Shown: positions 27,401 to 37,918 of the stretch, piece after piece
How positions within the stretch are numbered: the first letter of the stretch is position 1
Layout: the number at the start of each line of letters is the position of its first letter
Origin: Raillietiella orientalis
Lineage: Eukaryota
DNA length: 64,000 bases
Reading direction: 5' to 3'
Assembly: GCA_036172245.1 (NCBI GenBank)
Contig: JAYWIR010000036.1
Location: forward strand, 310,001 to 374,000
Notes under the pieces: generated by a model
What the model was told of the DNA's origin: nothing
The model's input: only the letters and a program-made list of their open reading frames with translations
The model's database searches: none
Made by a program: the position numbers and the translations under genes

Positions 27401-28658
27401 CCATGGAGCACACGCCTCTGGCGCCGCACATGCTCCTGAAGGCTGCAACGAGGGACTCCGTCGGCAAAGACCGGTGCCATGGGCAGGAGGTGTGCAGAGA
27501 ATTCTCTGAGGAAGCTGACCTGCTCCCTCGCCTGGACCGAGCCCGGCCTTCTGGCTCTCACATGCAGGAGGGCGTCCTCAGCGCGGAAGCGCTTGGAAAA
27601 CACCAGATGGCAGCAGGCGACGAGGCCCGTTCTGCCCAGCCCTGGAATCCGGCAGCAGTCGGAGTCGCAGGAAGCGGGCGGGGGCCGAGCTTTTGGGGAG
27701 GACTGGACTTTTGGGGAGCAGGGAGATGAAAAGGGGAAGCGAGGAAGGGATGGCTCTCACGGCGGCTCGCAGAGAACCGTCTCAGGAAGGAAGAGTTCAG
27801 GGATCTCCACTCTGCGACCGTGCCCAATATTCGACCGTCCGTCGAAGAGTGGGGGTGAAGGTGCCCTCACTCTCCGGAGGATCCACGCGTCCTCCTCCGC
27901 GCGAGCTCCGGCCGTCGAAGCGAGGCTGCAGCTGGAAAGTGTCTTATGGGTCCGGATCTTCGACAAGGTCGCCGAAGCTTCCGAGGCGTCTGCGTGTAGA
28001 CTGTGGTTCCGAACCCGCCTTCCAGGTGGGATCCGGGGGAAGGGAGTTCCCGGTGGTCAGCTTGGTCCGTAGCAGAGCCCCTTGTCGTGGAGATCTCTTC
28101 TCTCATTCCGTTTTCCTCTTGTGGGACTTTCGGAGTCTCCTGGGTCCTTCGGAACTTGCAGGGCGGAAGCCAGCTTCGCGTGGAAACCCAGGGGAATGGT
28201 GATGGTTTCGACGCAAGCCACCGAAGAGTGGGAAAAGGTAGAAAAGGGAAGCATGCCAAGTGAAGGATGGTCTCTTGGAAGGTGATCCCAATCCAGATGA
28301 GGTCATCGCGTGCGCGAGGTGGAACCACTCACCTGCGTGGCAGTGAACTGCGACTTTCCCCTGGCCGGTGGCGAAGTCCAAGGTCTTTGCGATGTCCAGA
28401 GCGCCGGTCATCGAAGGGACCCCGAAGTCCCTGATGCCGAAATTGTAGTAGAACACTGGGAAGGAGAAAGAGAGGATCACTAGTGGGGCAGAGGAAAAGG
28501 AAAGTAGAGAGGACGCGTGGCCTCGTGGCTGCAATAACCTACGTCCGGCACCCATGATGACCTCTGGGTCGTAAGTGAAGCCGCTGGCTTCCAGTGGAGG
28601 ACCACACATGCGGTGCTCTCCGGGTTCTTGGAGATTGACGATGCTCCTGATTCCGGAC
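21482..28658 (-). CDS. PTPDC1: Protein tyrosine phosphatase domain-containing protein 1, 5'-partial model
   Basis: Exons 28658-28543, 28455-28333, 27641-27367, 26482-26299 (or -26284), 26200-25998, 22011-21715, 21655-21482, with consistent phases. Motifs GIRSIVNLQEPGEH..CG..LE.SGFTYDPE, FYYNFGIRDFGV, KVAVHCHAG|LGRTG (intact CX5R), VRARRPGSVQ, RQRRVLHGAEARLLRHLPK and ETDPSVLSGLLYSWLEHL. The N-terminal exons were not located and the acceptor near 22011 is uncertain. Confidence 0.85.
22550..24200 (-). mobile_element. Decayed LINE ORF2 5' part (endonuclease and linker) in a PTPDC1 intron
   Basis: NPEIEGFLETQ resembles the APE motif DI..LQET; PPPESRFPMKL..LLSPL resembles PGPDGFP.EFY...L.P.L. Split by a 72-nt tandem array. 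Confidence 0.3.
23311..23590. repeat. Minisatellite, 72-nt unit x ~3.9
   Basis: Units start at 23311, 23383, 23455 and 23527 (taaatttagaagccttcgcacgaaacatccaaccctaaccgaaagtttcaacaatgctccaatttgtgctgc) and are nearly identical. Confidence 0.97.
24700..25570 (-). mobile_element. tRNA-derived SINE copy in a PTPDC1 intron, 3' tail missing, internal 75-nt tandem duplication
   Basis: Minus-strand head gtcggagaccttgtggttaaggcttccgcgtgtggcaccatgcgtcgcgggttcgaatactccggca (25562-25496). Shares ccctatgaatccaggaag with the other copies; the 75-nt unit starts at 24711 and 24786. Confidence 0.7.
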
Positions 28659-29069
28659 CTGGAAGAAGGTGCTCTTGATCCTCTATACGACAGAACGAAC
28701 GAAGAGGGGCAGGCTGGGGTTAGAAGAGCCGCAAGACGAGGACTTCTCCTTTCCCTTCGCTGTCTGCCATTTCCTGGTCCACAATTCCCGGAAAGCAGAA
28801 GACTGCTTTTTCCTTTCTCTTTTCTCTCCTTCTCCCCCCCCCCACACACTCTTAAGCTCTTCAAAGTTTTGAAAAGCGCGTATGCGCGCCATGACCTCCT
28901 CGGTTGGTGCTCCTATTGTGCCCTGTGGATTGGCTCTGCTGTGTCAGGGGATGGTAGCGAAACAGCCTTGGGGAACGATGGAGCGGGTTTCTAGGTCACT
29001 TTAGCGAGTCCAGTGAGGTCTACGAGCGACTGGAACTCCCATGGGCTGCTGCCTACGATTCTCGACATT

Positions 29070-29400
29070 CATTTTTTCTTGGTTCGTCCAGTACCCCTGG
29101 AGTCTCGGGAAACTCTTTGACGCTGTCCACGCCACCCGAGGGTGCGTGTGGTAACCCTTCAAGGGTTACCACACGAAGGGAACCCCGAGAGGGGACACCC
29201 TATGAATCCAGGAAGGGACCCGGAGGAAGGAGTCCGTTCCTCACGCGCTCGAGAGGATAAGCTTCCTTATTCTCTTCGGAGGGACCCCTGGACTGTTTCC
29301 TCCTCTAAAGAAAACTTCGAAGGGATACTTCCAGATTTTCCCTGGAAGGCGCTCTCCCTTCAAAGCAGTTGCGGGGTCCTCAGAAGGCGACTTTGCTGAC
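29070..29400 (-). mobile_element. 5'-truncated copy of the same SINE (3' portion and A-rich tail)
   Basis: Clear similarity to the reverse complement of 54060-54400: ctctttg.cgctgtccacgcca, gtgtggtaacccttcaaggg, caccctatgaatccaggaag, ctgtttcctcctct. Confidence 0.75.
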
Positions 29401-29439
29401 GCATCGGCAGAAGAACTTCACGCGGCTCTTCCGCAGAAC

Positions 29440-30620
29440 GTTTACTGCCCCTGAAATTCATTCATCGCGACTCCAGCTGGTCCCTTCCCTCCAGCAATTT
29501 TCTGTCCAACTCTAAGACCACCGTCAGATGGATGAGGGTCAAGGATTTCGTCCCGCATGGTCTCGGTAGGAGTTTCTTTCTCATGCCACTGCTGCGACTC
29601 AGCTCCGCCGGCTGCAGAAGGTTCCCAGTTGCGCGCGTCCCCATGTTTATCGTTCTGGCCTCGGGTCCCCGGTCCTCCGCCTAATTGCTTCTGGTTTCTG
29701 CAGACCGACCGCTGCAGGAAGACATCGATGCTACAGTACCGGGCCGCAAAACCCATCAGCTTGTCCAACAATGGAACGAGCGCAGACAGCTGTCCAACAA
29801 TGGAACGAGCTCAGACAGCTGTCCAACAATGGAACGAGCTCAGACAGCTGTCCAAGAATGGAACGAGCTCAGACAGCTGTTCACAAGTCATCGCTTTGTG
29901 CAGGTGTCTATTCCCGCCAGAACTAACGATTCTGAAGGTTAACGTTGACGAAAGGCTGCGTGCCGGAGTGGAAGCTCCTGGAGTTGGGCACCAATGCAGA
30001 GGCTTCAACGTTATCCACTTCGCTCTCGGATGCTGCAGATCCGTGTTGCTGTTTTCTCCCCGTCATTGATGATGTGGACGCGAGAGGTGCTGCCCATTTG
30101 TTAGCCGTCCCGCGTGCGTAGGATTCGTTCCAGCCTCCTTCATCCTTCCGTGCGGAGGAAGAAATCTTCCGTAAGGGAAGAGTCGAGGATTTTTCCACGA
30201 TACGATCGATTGATGCAACTGAGCGACCTAGGAATACTCGAAGGGTGAGCAGGCCGACACGTCAGCTGATCACACGTGGGATTTCCAGGCAGGACATTTT
30301 TGCAGGAGCAACCTCCTGCACGCAGGAGCCACGCGTGCAGGACAACTCACCTGTGAAACTCGCTGAGAAGCGTATCAAGGAGCAGGCGTGTGTTTGGTCT
30401 CGCCATTGCTATCACTTCGTCCGTGACCCTGGGGCGGATTGGGAAATTGTGAAACTTCTAGCAAATCTCACCAGCTGGAATGTATGCCGCTGAGGGCCGT
30501 GCAGGAGGGATCCAAGTATTCTGCATTCTCGTACTTGCATTTCTTTCCGTTGCAGAAAAGATAGCAGATGATGTCGTTCCGGATGGATGCTTTTGTCGAC
30601 TGCCTCATCGCGTGGCATTC
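29440..30620 (-). mobile_element. Heavily decayed non-LTR RT fragment (R2-like?)
   Basis: Weak ordered motif remnants: RKEMQVRECRILGSLL, RVTDEVIAM, QKQLGGG. Interrupted by a 29-nt tandem repeat. Confidence 0.3.
29762..29880. repeat. Minisatellite, 29-nt unit x 4
   Basis: tgtccaacaatggaacgagctcagacagc at 29762, 29791, 29820 and 29849, with no spacers. Confidence 0.97.
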
Positions 30621-31849
30621 CACTCGAGAAAGACCGAGTGGAGTTGTTCACTCATGACAGCTTCGCATCCATGCACTCTTGAATACTCGGATCTGAAATA
30701 AAGAGTGCAAGAGACTCACCAGCCCAGCTGGTGTTTCCATAGGGGAGCACAAATGCTCTGATTCTTTGGAGAGTGCCCCATTCGGTGCTTCAGCCGCGAC
30801 TTGGCAAAAACTCCGCTCAGACACAGAGCTGGGGAAAAGATGAACGCGAGGAAAGATGATACGGGCATTGAGAATGGGGAAAAAAGTTAAAGGAGATCCA
30901 CGAATGCTCTGAGAAGAGAGAAGGCAAGAAAGCTTCCAGAAAAGAATTACCAATTCTTTTCTGGAACCTAGTGTACGAATGAAGCGAGTCGTACACTTGT
31001 CCGTTGTAGGCGCTGGAGGAACAAGTTTTATTAGGAATTCACAAGGCAGAAACAAAGAGGATGCGTGAGATGCAAAAGTAAGATGCAAATTGTGGCACAG
31101 TAATAACGGTTATAACAATAGTAATCACATTTACAATAGCAGCAGTAGCAACAGAGAGATTTTGGCTTCCTTGAAAATTTTGCAGGATTCGGCTAAAGAG
31201 GAAACAGCATATGCCAATGAGTTATTAGAAGCATCAGAAAAATTGGATGCCGAAGCAGGAAGCCCTTCTATTATCATACAAGGATGAGTATATCTCTAAT
31301 AGAAGGGAATATCCACTCCCGGTTTTTGAGTGCCTTGTCGAGACTCCAAAATAGTCTCGAGATGACAGGCACGAGCTTGTCCCTCCTTCAGCTCTGAAGG
31401 AACGCCAGAAATGACTTGGAATTTCATGGCGAAGTCCAAAAGACGCGTTGAATTTCAAACTCAACTTCTGAACCAACCGTGCAAGAATTAACACAAAAAT
31501 CGCTGTTGTAAAGCATCATTTGAAGGGACCCTACGAAGGACAGAAGGAACCGATTGCCGATTACTCTGTCAACGCAGATGACACTGGAAAATGATTGCTT
31601 TCCCTGTGAAATAACACCATCCCGTCGCGACGGTGATTTGGGCAACGGCGTCACATAGTCCCGTCATCTGCTGCTCTCTGAGTAGCCGTGCAAACACTGG
31701 ACCAACTTTCCTCTCTGGAATCCTTCGTAATTTTAATATGATGGCATGGTATATGGAGACTACGCAAGGTATTAAGGCTAACCGAGAACATCCTTTCCAA
31801 AATGGCGCGGACCGTGGTCAAGAGCGGAGGCAAGCGGATCACCACCCTC

Positions 31850-32650
31850 TGCCAGAGAGAAGAGTTCGGAAAACCCAATCTGGACGCGCGGGTCAAGCAA
31901 ACTCTCAACCTGGTCCCTGCAGGCTCATTCCTCGCTTCGCCTCCGCGGGTGCATGCGCTGCTCTTGTGAGCCAACGCGGACCGTTCAGAAAGAAGCACTC
32001 TGCGGAGCTGCCGCAGTGGGGAGGAGGGGGTCGCGCGCGCATCTTGCGAGCGAGTGCGCGGTGCAAGGCAGCCGCTTCTCAACAATGGCGCGCCCGGCGC
32101 CAGCGGTCTAATTATAGAACGGCGGCTCCGCGCGCAGAGGAACGTAACGGGGGAAGGGGGGGGGGCAGTGCGGGTTTCCCACCCACGGGGGCAGCGGCCT
32201 TCCGCCGTTCCTGATGGGACGAAAAGGGAAGAAAAGCACCTCGTGGTCTCTCTCGCCTGCATCTTGGCGTTCTCAGGGATCGAGTTCGTCCAGGACAGGC
32301 CGGGAAAAGGGTGAAAGGGGAGAAGGAGCCGGACTTTTCGCACTTTCGAAAGTCAGCGGTGCTGCCTTCCTACGGTGGTTCCGGTCACAACCTCCGCCGG
32401 GTGGCCGCTTTTCCCCGTAAGGGCCCTCTAAGGATTCCCGACTAGGACCATCCCCTCTTCCGACGAGGGAGGTGGCGAAGATACGGCGGGCAGGGACCGG
32501 AGGCGTGCAGCAACATACCCTTACGTCGATGCCCGCAGCCGCCATTCCAGGAACGCCGCACCTGCCTGCTCGCCTGCCGCCGCCGCCACCGCACGAGGGG
32601 CCACTCGCCCGCGCGTTTCCGCGAAACGATCGCTTCCGCGGTACCGGGAA
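31850..32650 (+). mobile_element. Second copy (3' portion) of the R2-like element
   Basis: 32073-32148 cgcttctcaacaatggcg..cagcggtctaattatagaacggcg aligns with the reverse complement of 60841-60921 (cgcttctcaataatggcg..tagtggtctatttatagaacggcg). Similarity continues on both sides. Confidence 0.6.
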
Positions 32651-32849
32651 AGCGACCGAGACTCGCTCGCGATTGGCCAAGCGGTCTGTACCGCCTCAGC
32701 CGGGCGCGGGCGACAATACGGGGTGAAGGGGAGGAGGAGGGGGAAGGGATGATGATGAGGTGGTGGAGACGTGGAGGAGGAGAAATGAGTGCTGATGCTG
32801 CTGAGGAGGAAGTGGAGGAGAAAGGGAGGAGGAGTGCTCCTTCCCCCTT

Positions 32850-34340
32850 CCTTCACCCTCCTTCCAAAGGACTTCCTCTCCACGAGTCCCTCCTTCCCAT
32901 CTCCCGGTGCAACGGCAACGGTCTCACGCAGCTTCCCCTTCACCTTTCTTTGCTCCTTCCTGCGAGGCGTTCTGAGGCTCTATGGCGTTGAGATGCTTCC
33001 GAGTACTCCTTTCGCCCTCTGGACCTTCGATTGCCTCGGCGTCTTCCCGAGCAGCGTTCGCTCCCGATGGCTCCTTCGGCCGCTTTCGCGAATCCCTCTT
33101 GAAAGAATGCAGACGCGTCCTTCCGTTCGCTCGCGTCCTCAGGCACTCTCGTGCGCTCCTGCGGTTTGTCGAAGAACACGCCCTCCTGCTTACCCGAGGA
33201 AGTCCCGGAATCCGAAGAGGGCACCTCTCTCTGGACTGAAAAGTCCTGCTGGAACAGCAACTCCCTGTACTCTAGAATAAACGGTCCCCTGAGCAGGGGA
33301 CACGTCCACCACCTCGTGGGATGTCCAGCAGCTCGCCTCGGGGGAAACGTCCTTTTGGCGGGACACTTGGGGTATCAGCGTCCGTGACATCTCGTGCTGT
33401 CCACTCACCCGGAAGTTTCTTCCTCACTGAGATGCTGCAGCAGGACGCCTCCCGCCTCGCCGGAAGGTGGCCGTCTCTTGCTTCCCTTAGGGAGGGCAGT
33501 GCTGGGGCAAGGGGGGTGAGCGAAACCCGGGGCATCTTGCGCTGCGCGGGCTGGTCACGCTCTCCTGCAGCGACGGACGAGCGCTGCAGGCGTGTTCCGT
33601 GGATCTTTCCTTATCCAGTAACTGATTCCTGGTACGGGGAGCGCGAATTCCTCCCGCACCCTCTTGCGGATCGTGTTGCCCTCCGACCCCTCTGGGAACG
33701 CTTGAGGTCTCCCGTGCAACGCCCGCCGGCAACACTGGACATGGTGGAGTGTGAACCCAAACCGTGTCAGATGCGGGAGCGTGAATCCCTGCCGCACTGC
33801 TTGTGGATTGTGTTGCTGCCCTCCGGCTCCTCTGGGAGCGCTTCGCCACGACCCTAGGAGGCCCCAGCAGCAACTCCAGGGACGCTTTACGACCCCTCCT
33901 CCTACGCGACGCACTTCGGCCGGCAACCTCTCTCACAGCTCTCTGCTGCCTACGCGCAGTCGTCGCTGCCTGGAGCGACGCAAGAAGAGGACCGAGCGAC
34001 AGGGGTGCCACATCCACTTTGCCGTCCGCTTCATGAGGACAGCAACGAGATGGCCCCACCTGAACAACTCCACGCAGCAAGAGCTTGCCGGCATCCTCGA
34101 AAGGATGCAGAGGACCTCCCCCAGCAGGATACGTGACCCTTTCCCGCCGCCCACCTACACCCATGTTTCTTTCTTTATTTTTATTTCTTTTGCTTCACCC
34201 CTCTCCTCTTCTGTCGTGACGAACTCCACCGGTCTGCGCGCCGGTAACACGGCAGGCTCCTGGTGAAACGGACGTGGTTGGACCGATGGTTCAACCACAT
34301 GCAATTTAACGTGGGATTGTGTTTATTTTTTCATTAAATA
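32850..34340 (+). mobile_element. Decayed L1/Tx1-like retrotransposon 3' end (post-RT region, zf-RVT CCHC, 3'UTR)
   Basis: Across frameshifts: LRPLWERL...C..CG.ESLPHCL-VDCVAALRLLWERFATTLG, resembling the zf-RVT C-x2-C..E...H...C motif. A T-rich 3'UTR ends in attaaa. Confidence 0.6.
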
Positions 34341-34637
34341 GATGCTCCGGCCCACCCGGGTGATCATCCAGCAGGATGCAAAGAAACGAATGGGAGTGGC
34401 TGCAAAGATGACCTGTTCTTTTATTTGTTTTTTTGCTCCATCCATCGGCGCTGTGGACCTCAGGTAAAGCCGACCTACTGGAGTCAGTCGGTGACTCATC
34501 TTGGACTTTCGAAACCCCGGGAGTCCTTTGTTTTGCGGTGTTTTTGTTTTTCCACTCTGCATGCTTATCGCACAGGATGCGCCATCCTTCCCAAAGTCCG
34601 TCTGCTCGGCGTGACGCCAACGCGCGCGATCAGCATG

Positions 34638-35871
34638 GCGCCCAACAATGCAATCTAAAAATACACGGCGAACCACTTGAAAGCGGTCCGTCCCGCGATT
34701 CTGGCCCTGCGGTGACTCAGGTTTGAGGTGACCTTGTTTCGTCTTTAAGGATCTGAGCTCACCCCCAGTCACGACCTCCTGACTGCGTTGCTGATGGAGG
34801 GACACGGGGAACACCCTGCCGCCCACTGTAGAGGAATGCTTGGCGGCGATCAATGGGAAAAGGGATGCGTGCGGAAAAAGTCCAACCCTCTCAAACAGCC
34901 ACGCCATCTTGGGAGACTCCCTCTTGCTGGACGATGTTAACCCACTCTCCGGATCTCCTCGTGTAACCAGTGAGGACATCGCGCGTCCATCGTTTCATCG
35001 TTGGGATAAGAAGGAATAGGATGCTCCTGCAGCGTGGGAGGTGATCCCTCAGATCCCATGCTTCTGGTCTTGTCGATGTCCTCGTCCTCCCTCACCGGTG
35101 CCAGCAAACCGCCGTCATGCCGGTGCACTGGACGTTCTCCTGAAGCGAGGAACGCCACACCATGCCTCAGAGTGGCCCAAGAAGCGTCCCCACTACGTGA
35201 CAATGTGGTAAAGGCACATAATACTGGAATTCGGGAGGCCGTGCCAGGGATGGGGGAGTTCCGCTGTGGATCCCTAGGATACCACTTTTTACGGAGATGT
35301 TCACGCCTCCAATCTCGCTGCCGGCCTCCTCGTCGCTGGCGATCTTCCGCCACGCACGCGCAGCGGTGGCTGCCCGAATGGATGGAGGAGGAACGTGGCC
35401 GGTTTCTCGGCGAGCCCTTTGCGATCGCCATCACCTGCATGCGAAGGATGATGGATTGGTCCAATCTGGGAAGTGAGGCACAAGGAAACCTTAGGGAAAG
35501 CTTAGATGAACCCCAAACAGGTGATAGCACTCCCGAAGCAGACCCTCGGGAATCAAGTGGAATGCCGTAAGACTGTTCCATACCATTCCCTATTTATTTA
35601 TTCATTCATTGCCTCCTCCTCCTCCTCCTCTCCCTCCACTGCTCCCCAGTTCTTTCCCTTGAGAGGACCCCTGGGTTCGGGCAGACAAGTGTCGGTCTTT
35701 AGCTATTTAGTTTCGATTCATTTATTTATTTGGAGTGAACGACCCGGCTATCTGGGATGAGAATCCCGGATAGCCGGGTCATCCTTGATCTTTCACGACT
35801 TCGCAAAGCTGACCTGTTATTGTAAAAACGAAACGAGGCCACCTCAATTTTTAGATTGCATTGTTGGGCGC
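34638..35871. mobile_element. Non-autonomous element bounded by 25-bp perfect inverted repeats, enclosing a LINE 3' fragment
   Basis: gcgcccaacaatgcaatctaaaaat (34638-34662) is the exact reverse complement of 35847-35871. Further imperfect inverted match: ttgaggtgaccttgtttcgtcttta (~34723-34747) versus ~35823-35847. Confidence 0.6.
35000..35730 (+). mobile_element. Decayed L1/Tx1-like ORF2 C-terminus and 3'UTR
   Basis: Frameshifted zinc-knuckle remnant (RHIILE). FAIAITCMRRMMDWSNLGSEAQGNLRESLDE aligns with IHFAVRFMRTATRWPHLNNSTQQELAGILER of the 32850-34340 element; a T-rich tail follows. Confidence 0.5.
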
Positions 35872-36169
35872 AGGCAATCTCAGGTCGGCAGCTACTTACT
35901 GGGGATAGAACGACGGAGGGGCGAAAAAGCACGGGGTCACCAGGACAGCTGCTCCGCGCCTTCTCCAGGCCGCGCGAGAATGCGAGCGGCCTCCTCCTCC
36001 GCTTCTCCTCTTAGATCAAGCCTTCTCGTCGCTTTCTTCGTTACGTCGCGGAGAGGACTGTGCAGAACGGGCTTCCTGATCCTACAGGTGCAACATCCAT
36101 TGAGTGACGTCCCCCCCCCCCCTACTTTCGCTGTTTTCCCTTCCGGCTGCATATCTTTTTTCTTTTCTT

Positions 36170-36298
36170 TTCTGGGGAGGGGGCTCGAAACCCACGACGC
36201 ACTCCACATTTCTCTGGGTTCGACCCTTCCCCGGGCGGGATTCCAGCCCATGGCGCCCGGTGCCACGTGAGGAGGCCACATGGTCGCCAATGCGGGCC
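36170..36298 (-). mobile_element. Head-only fragment of the same SINE
   Basis: Minus strand ggcccgcattggcgaccatgtgg..cacgtggcacc..gggctggaatccc matches ggcccgcgtcggagaccttgtgg..cgtgtggcacc..gggttcgaatac. Downstream ggagtgcgtcgtgggtttcgag matches ggaggcgcgtcgtgatttcgag at ~53815. Confidence 0.6.
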
Positions 36299-36319
36299 GA
36301 GTCGTCGCTGTGCAAGGCT

Positions 36320-37760
36320 GTCCTCACCACCGCTGCGGGCAAAAAGACGTGTGCCGCGTCGAGCACGAAGAAGTGCCATCCCTTTCTCCCTCTGCGTGAG
36401 TTTTCTGAACCCAAGGAGCACCGTCGTAGGGCGCTTCCACGAGCAGCGGAAGGCTGCCGCAGTCGGAGGACAGGTGCAGGGACGATCCCGTCGTGCTGCA
36501 GTAGGCACAGTTTCAAGGAGAGCCTCCTTTTTGACGTGCGATGCAGGAGTCCGTTGCACGGGGAAGCGGCGAAGGAGGACTGCAACGTGCTGTCACCTAG
36601 AGGGGCCGGCGGGAGGTGAGCATCAGGAATTCATTTCAGGGAGCCTGGAAGACTCCTTCGAGTTTGGCGTTAGCAGAATCGGCGAGCCCTCCTTTCCGTC
36701 TGCTCCCTCAGTCTCCCAAAATTTCGGGAGACTGAGAAAGCACCAGACCCGTAATCCTTATTCTTCCTTGACGTCACCGTCCCATGAATCCACAACCCGT
36801 GCCTCGCCCACCCACGCGGGTGGGCGAGCACATGGGACGGGAAGTTGTGTGTGTGCTCGCTTACGCACTTCCGGTAAAGGACACCGATTCGCCGCCCATG
36901 GGTCGATTGAAGACTCGTCTAGTCTTTTGAGCATTTTCTAAAGCCAGACCACCTCCTGTTTCACCTTCGGGAGATCCATTTCGTCGGCCCACCCCCTTGC
37001 AGCAACCATTCTTGACTCTTGGAGCCGCCAGGGCCGCGCATAAAAGTCACCGGAGAGGTCACGGAAGGATCCAGAATGACGCGGAAGAACCGAAACTCCG
37101 TGGAGTCAGCGGGATTTCAGTTTTCCGACTGCTCCTGCAGCAGCTCATCCGTCGGCCTACTGCAGGACTTGGCTTTTCAGATAAGGCGAATAGCTCGCTT
37201 GTATTGTTATTTTTATTATCATGGCCTTTTTCGCTACTTGTTCGAACCATCCAATGGATTGCAAGGTGAACACAGCTCTTTGAGTGCAGGAATAACAACT
37301 GCATGCTGCTGATAACCATCGATGGCTCGTTTATGTGCACGTTGCCTGAGGGATTTATAATCACCAGGGAAGATGAATTCAGGAACTGCTAGTCAGTGAC
37401 GTCGAACGTTCGAGACAGTGGCTTCGAATCGAATGATTCGGTTCGAGGGGCTGCCAGTTGCTCATCGCCTTTTAAGAGGAAGAGGAATGTTTCGCATCCC
37501 TGCGCTTTCGAGCATCCTCCAAGTAACTGGGACTTGCTGACGACTGCCACCACCCTCGTGGCTGGCCTTTCGATTTTCCCGCTACGGGCAGATCACTCTC
37601 CGTTTGGCAAGTCCCGAAACCGAACTCTGGTTTTCGGGAAGTGCCTTTCCTCTCCCGTGCCTGCTGCGCGCTCGGTTTCTACGTGCCACGGGAGCGGAGT
37701 TTCCGTGCGACCGTTTTCCAAAACAAACAGCTGGAACGACTTCCTCCTCCCCGCGAAAGG
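36320..37760 (-). mobile_element. Decayed R2-like reverse transcriptase region
   Basis: Ordered degenerate RT motifs: FPKT..AKRRVI (LIPK..NWRPI), QGCETFL (GC.EN), LSRTFDV (LAKAFD) and DELLQE (MD.LL). Shares aggtgagcatcag with 61223-61235 and ttcagggagcctggaa with ~38698. Confidence 0.45.
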
Positions 37761-37904
37761 GAAGCATCCTCTTCAAAGAGGATGGATACGGAAATTTGCT
37801 GAGCAGCCCTTGTATGTGTGTGTGTGTGTGTGTGTGTTTTTTTTTAGCGTTTGCAATTAAGTCTTGGAATCGATACGTAATTTTCGTTCGGTGGCTTGCT
37901 CCTG

Positions 37905-37918
37905 GTAACCATAGCAAC
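37905..37918 (-). promoter_or_regulatory. RFX X-box GTTGCTATGGTTAC, with a DRE-like TATCGATA at 38092-38099; candidate PTPDC1 promoter
   Basis: + strand gtaaccatagcaac. It sits at the boundary between transposon debris and an AT-rich stretch, upstream of PTPDC1 on the minus strand. Confidence 0.45.

Noticed and set aside
28840..28920. PTEEVMARIRAFQNFEELK as the missing PTPDC1 exon
   Set aside because: No phase-2 donor is available to join the 28658 acceptor, and similarity to the expected ILAMARP segment is poor.
29762..29880. 29-nt repeats of CRISPR-like length
   Set aside because: Units are head-to-tail with no spacers, the context is eukaryotic, and there are no cas genes.
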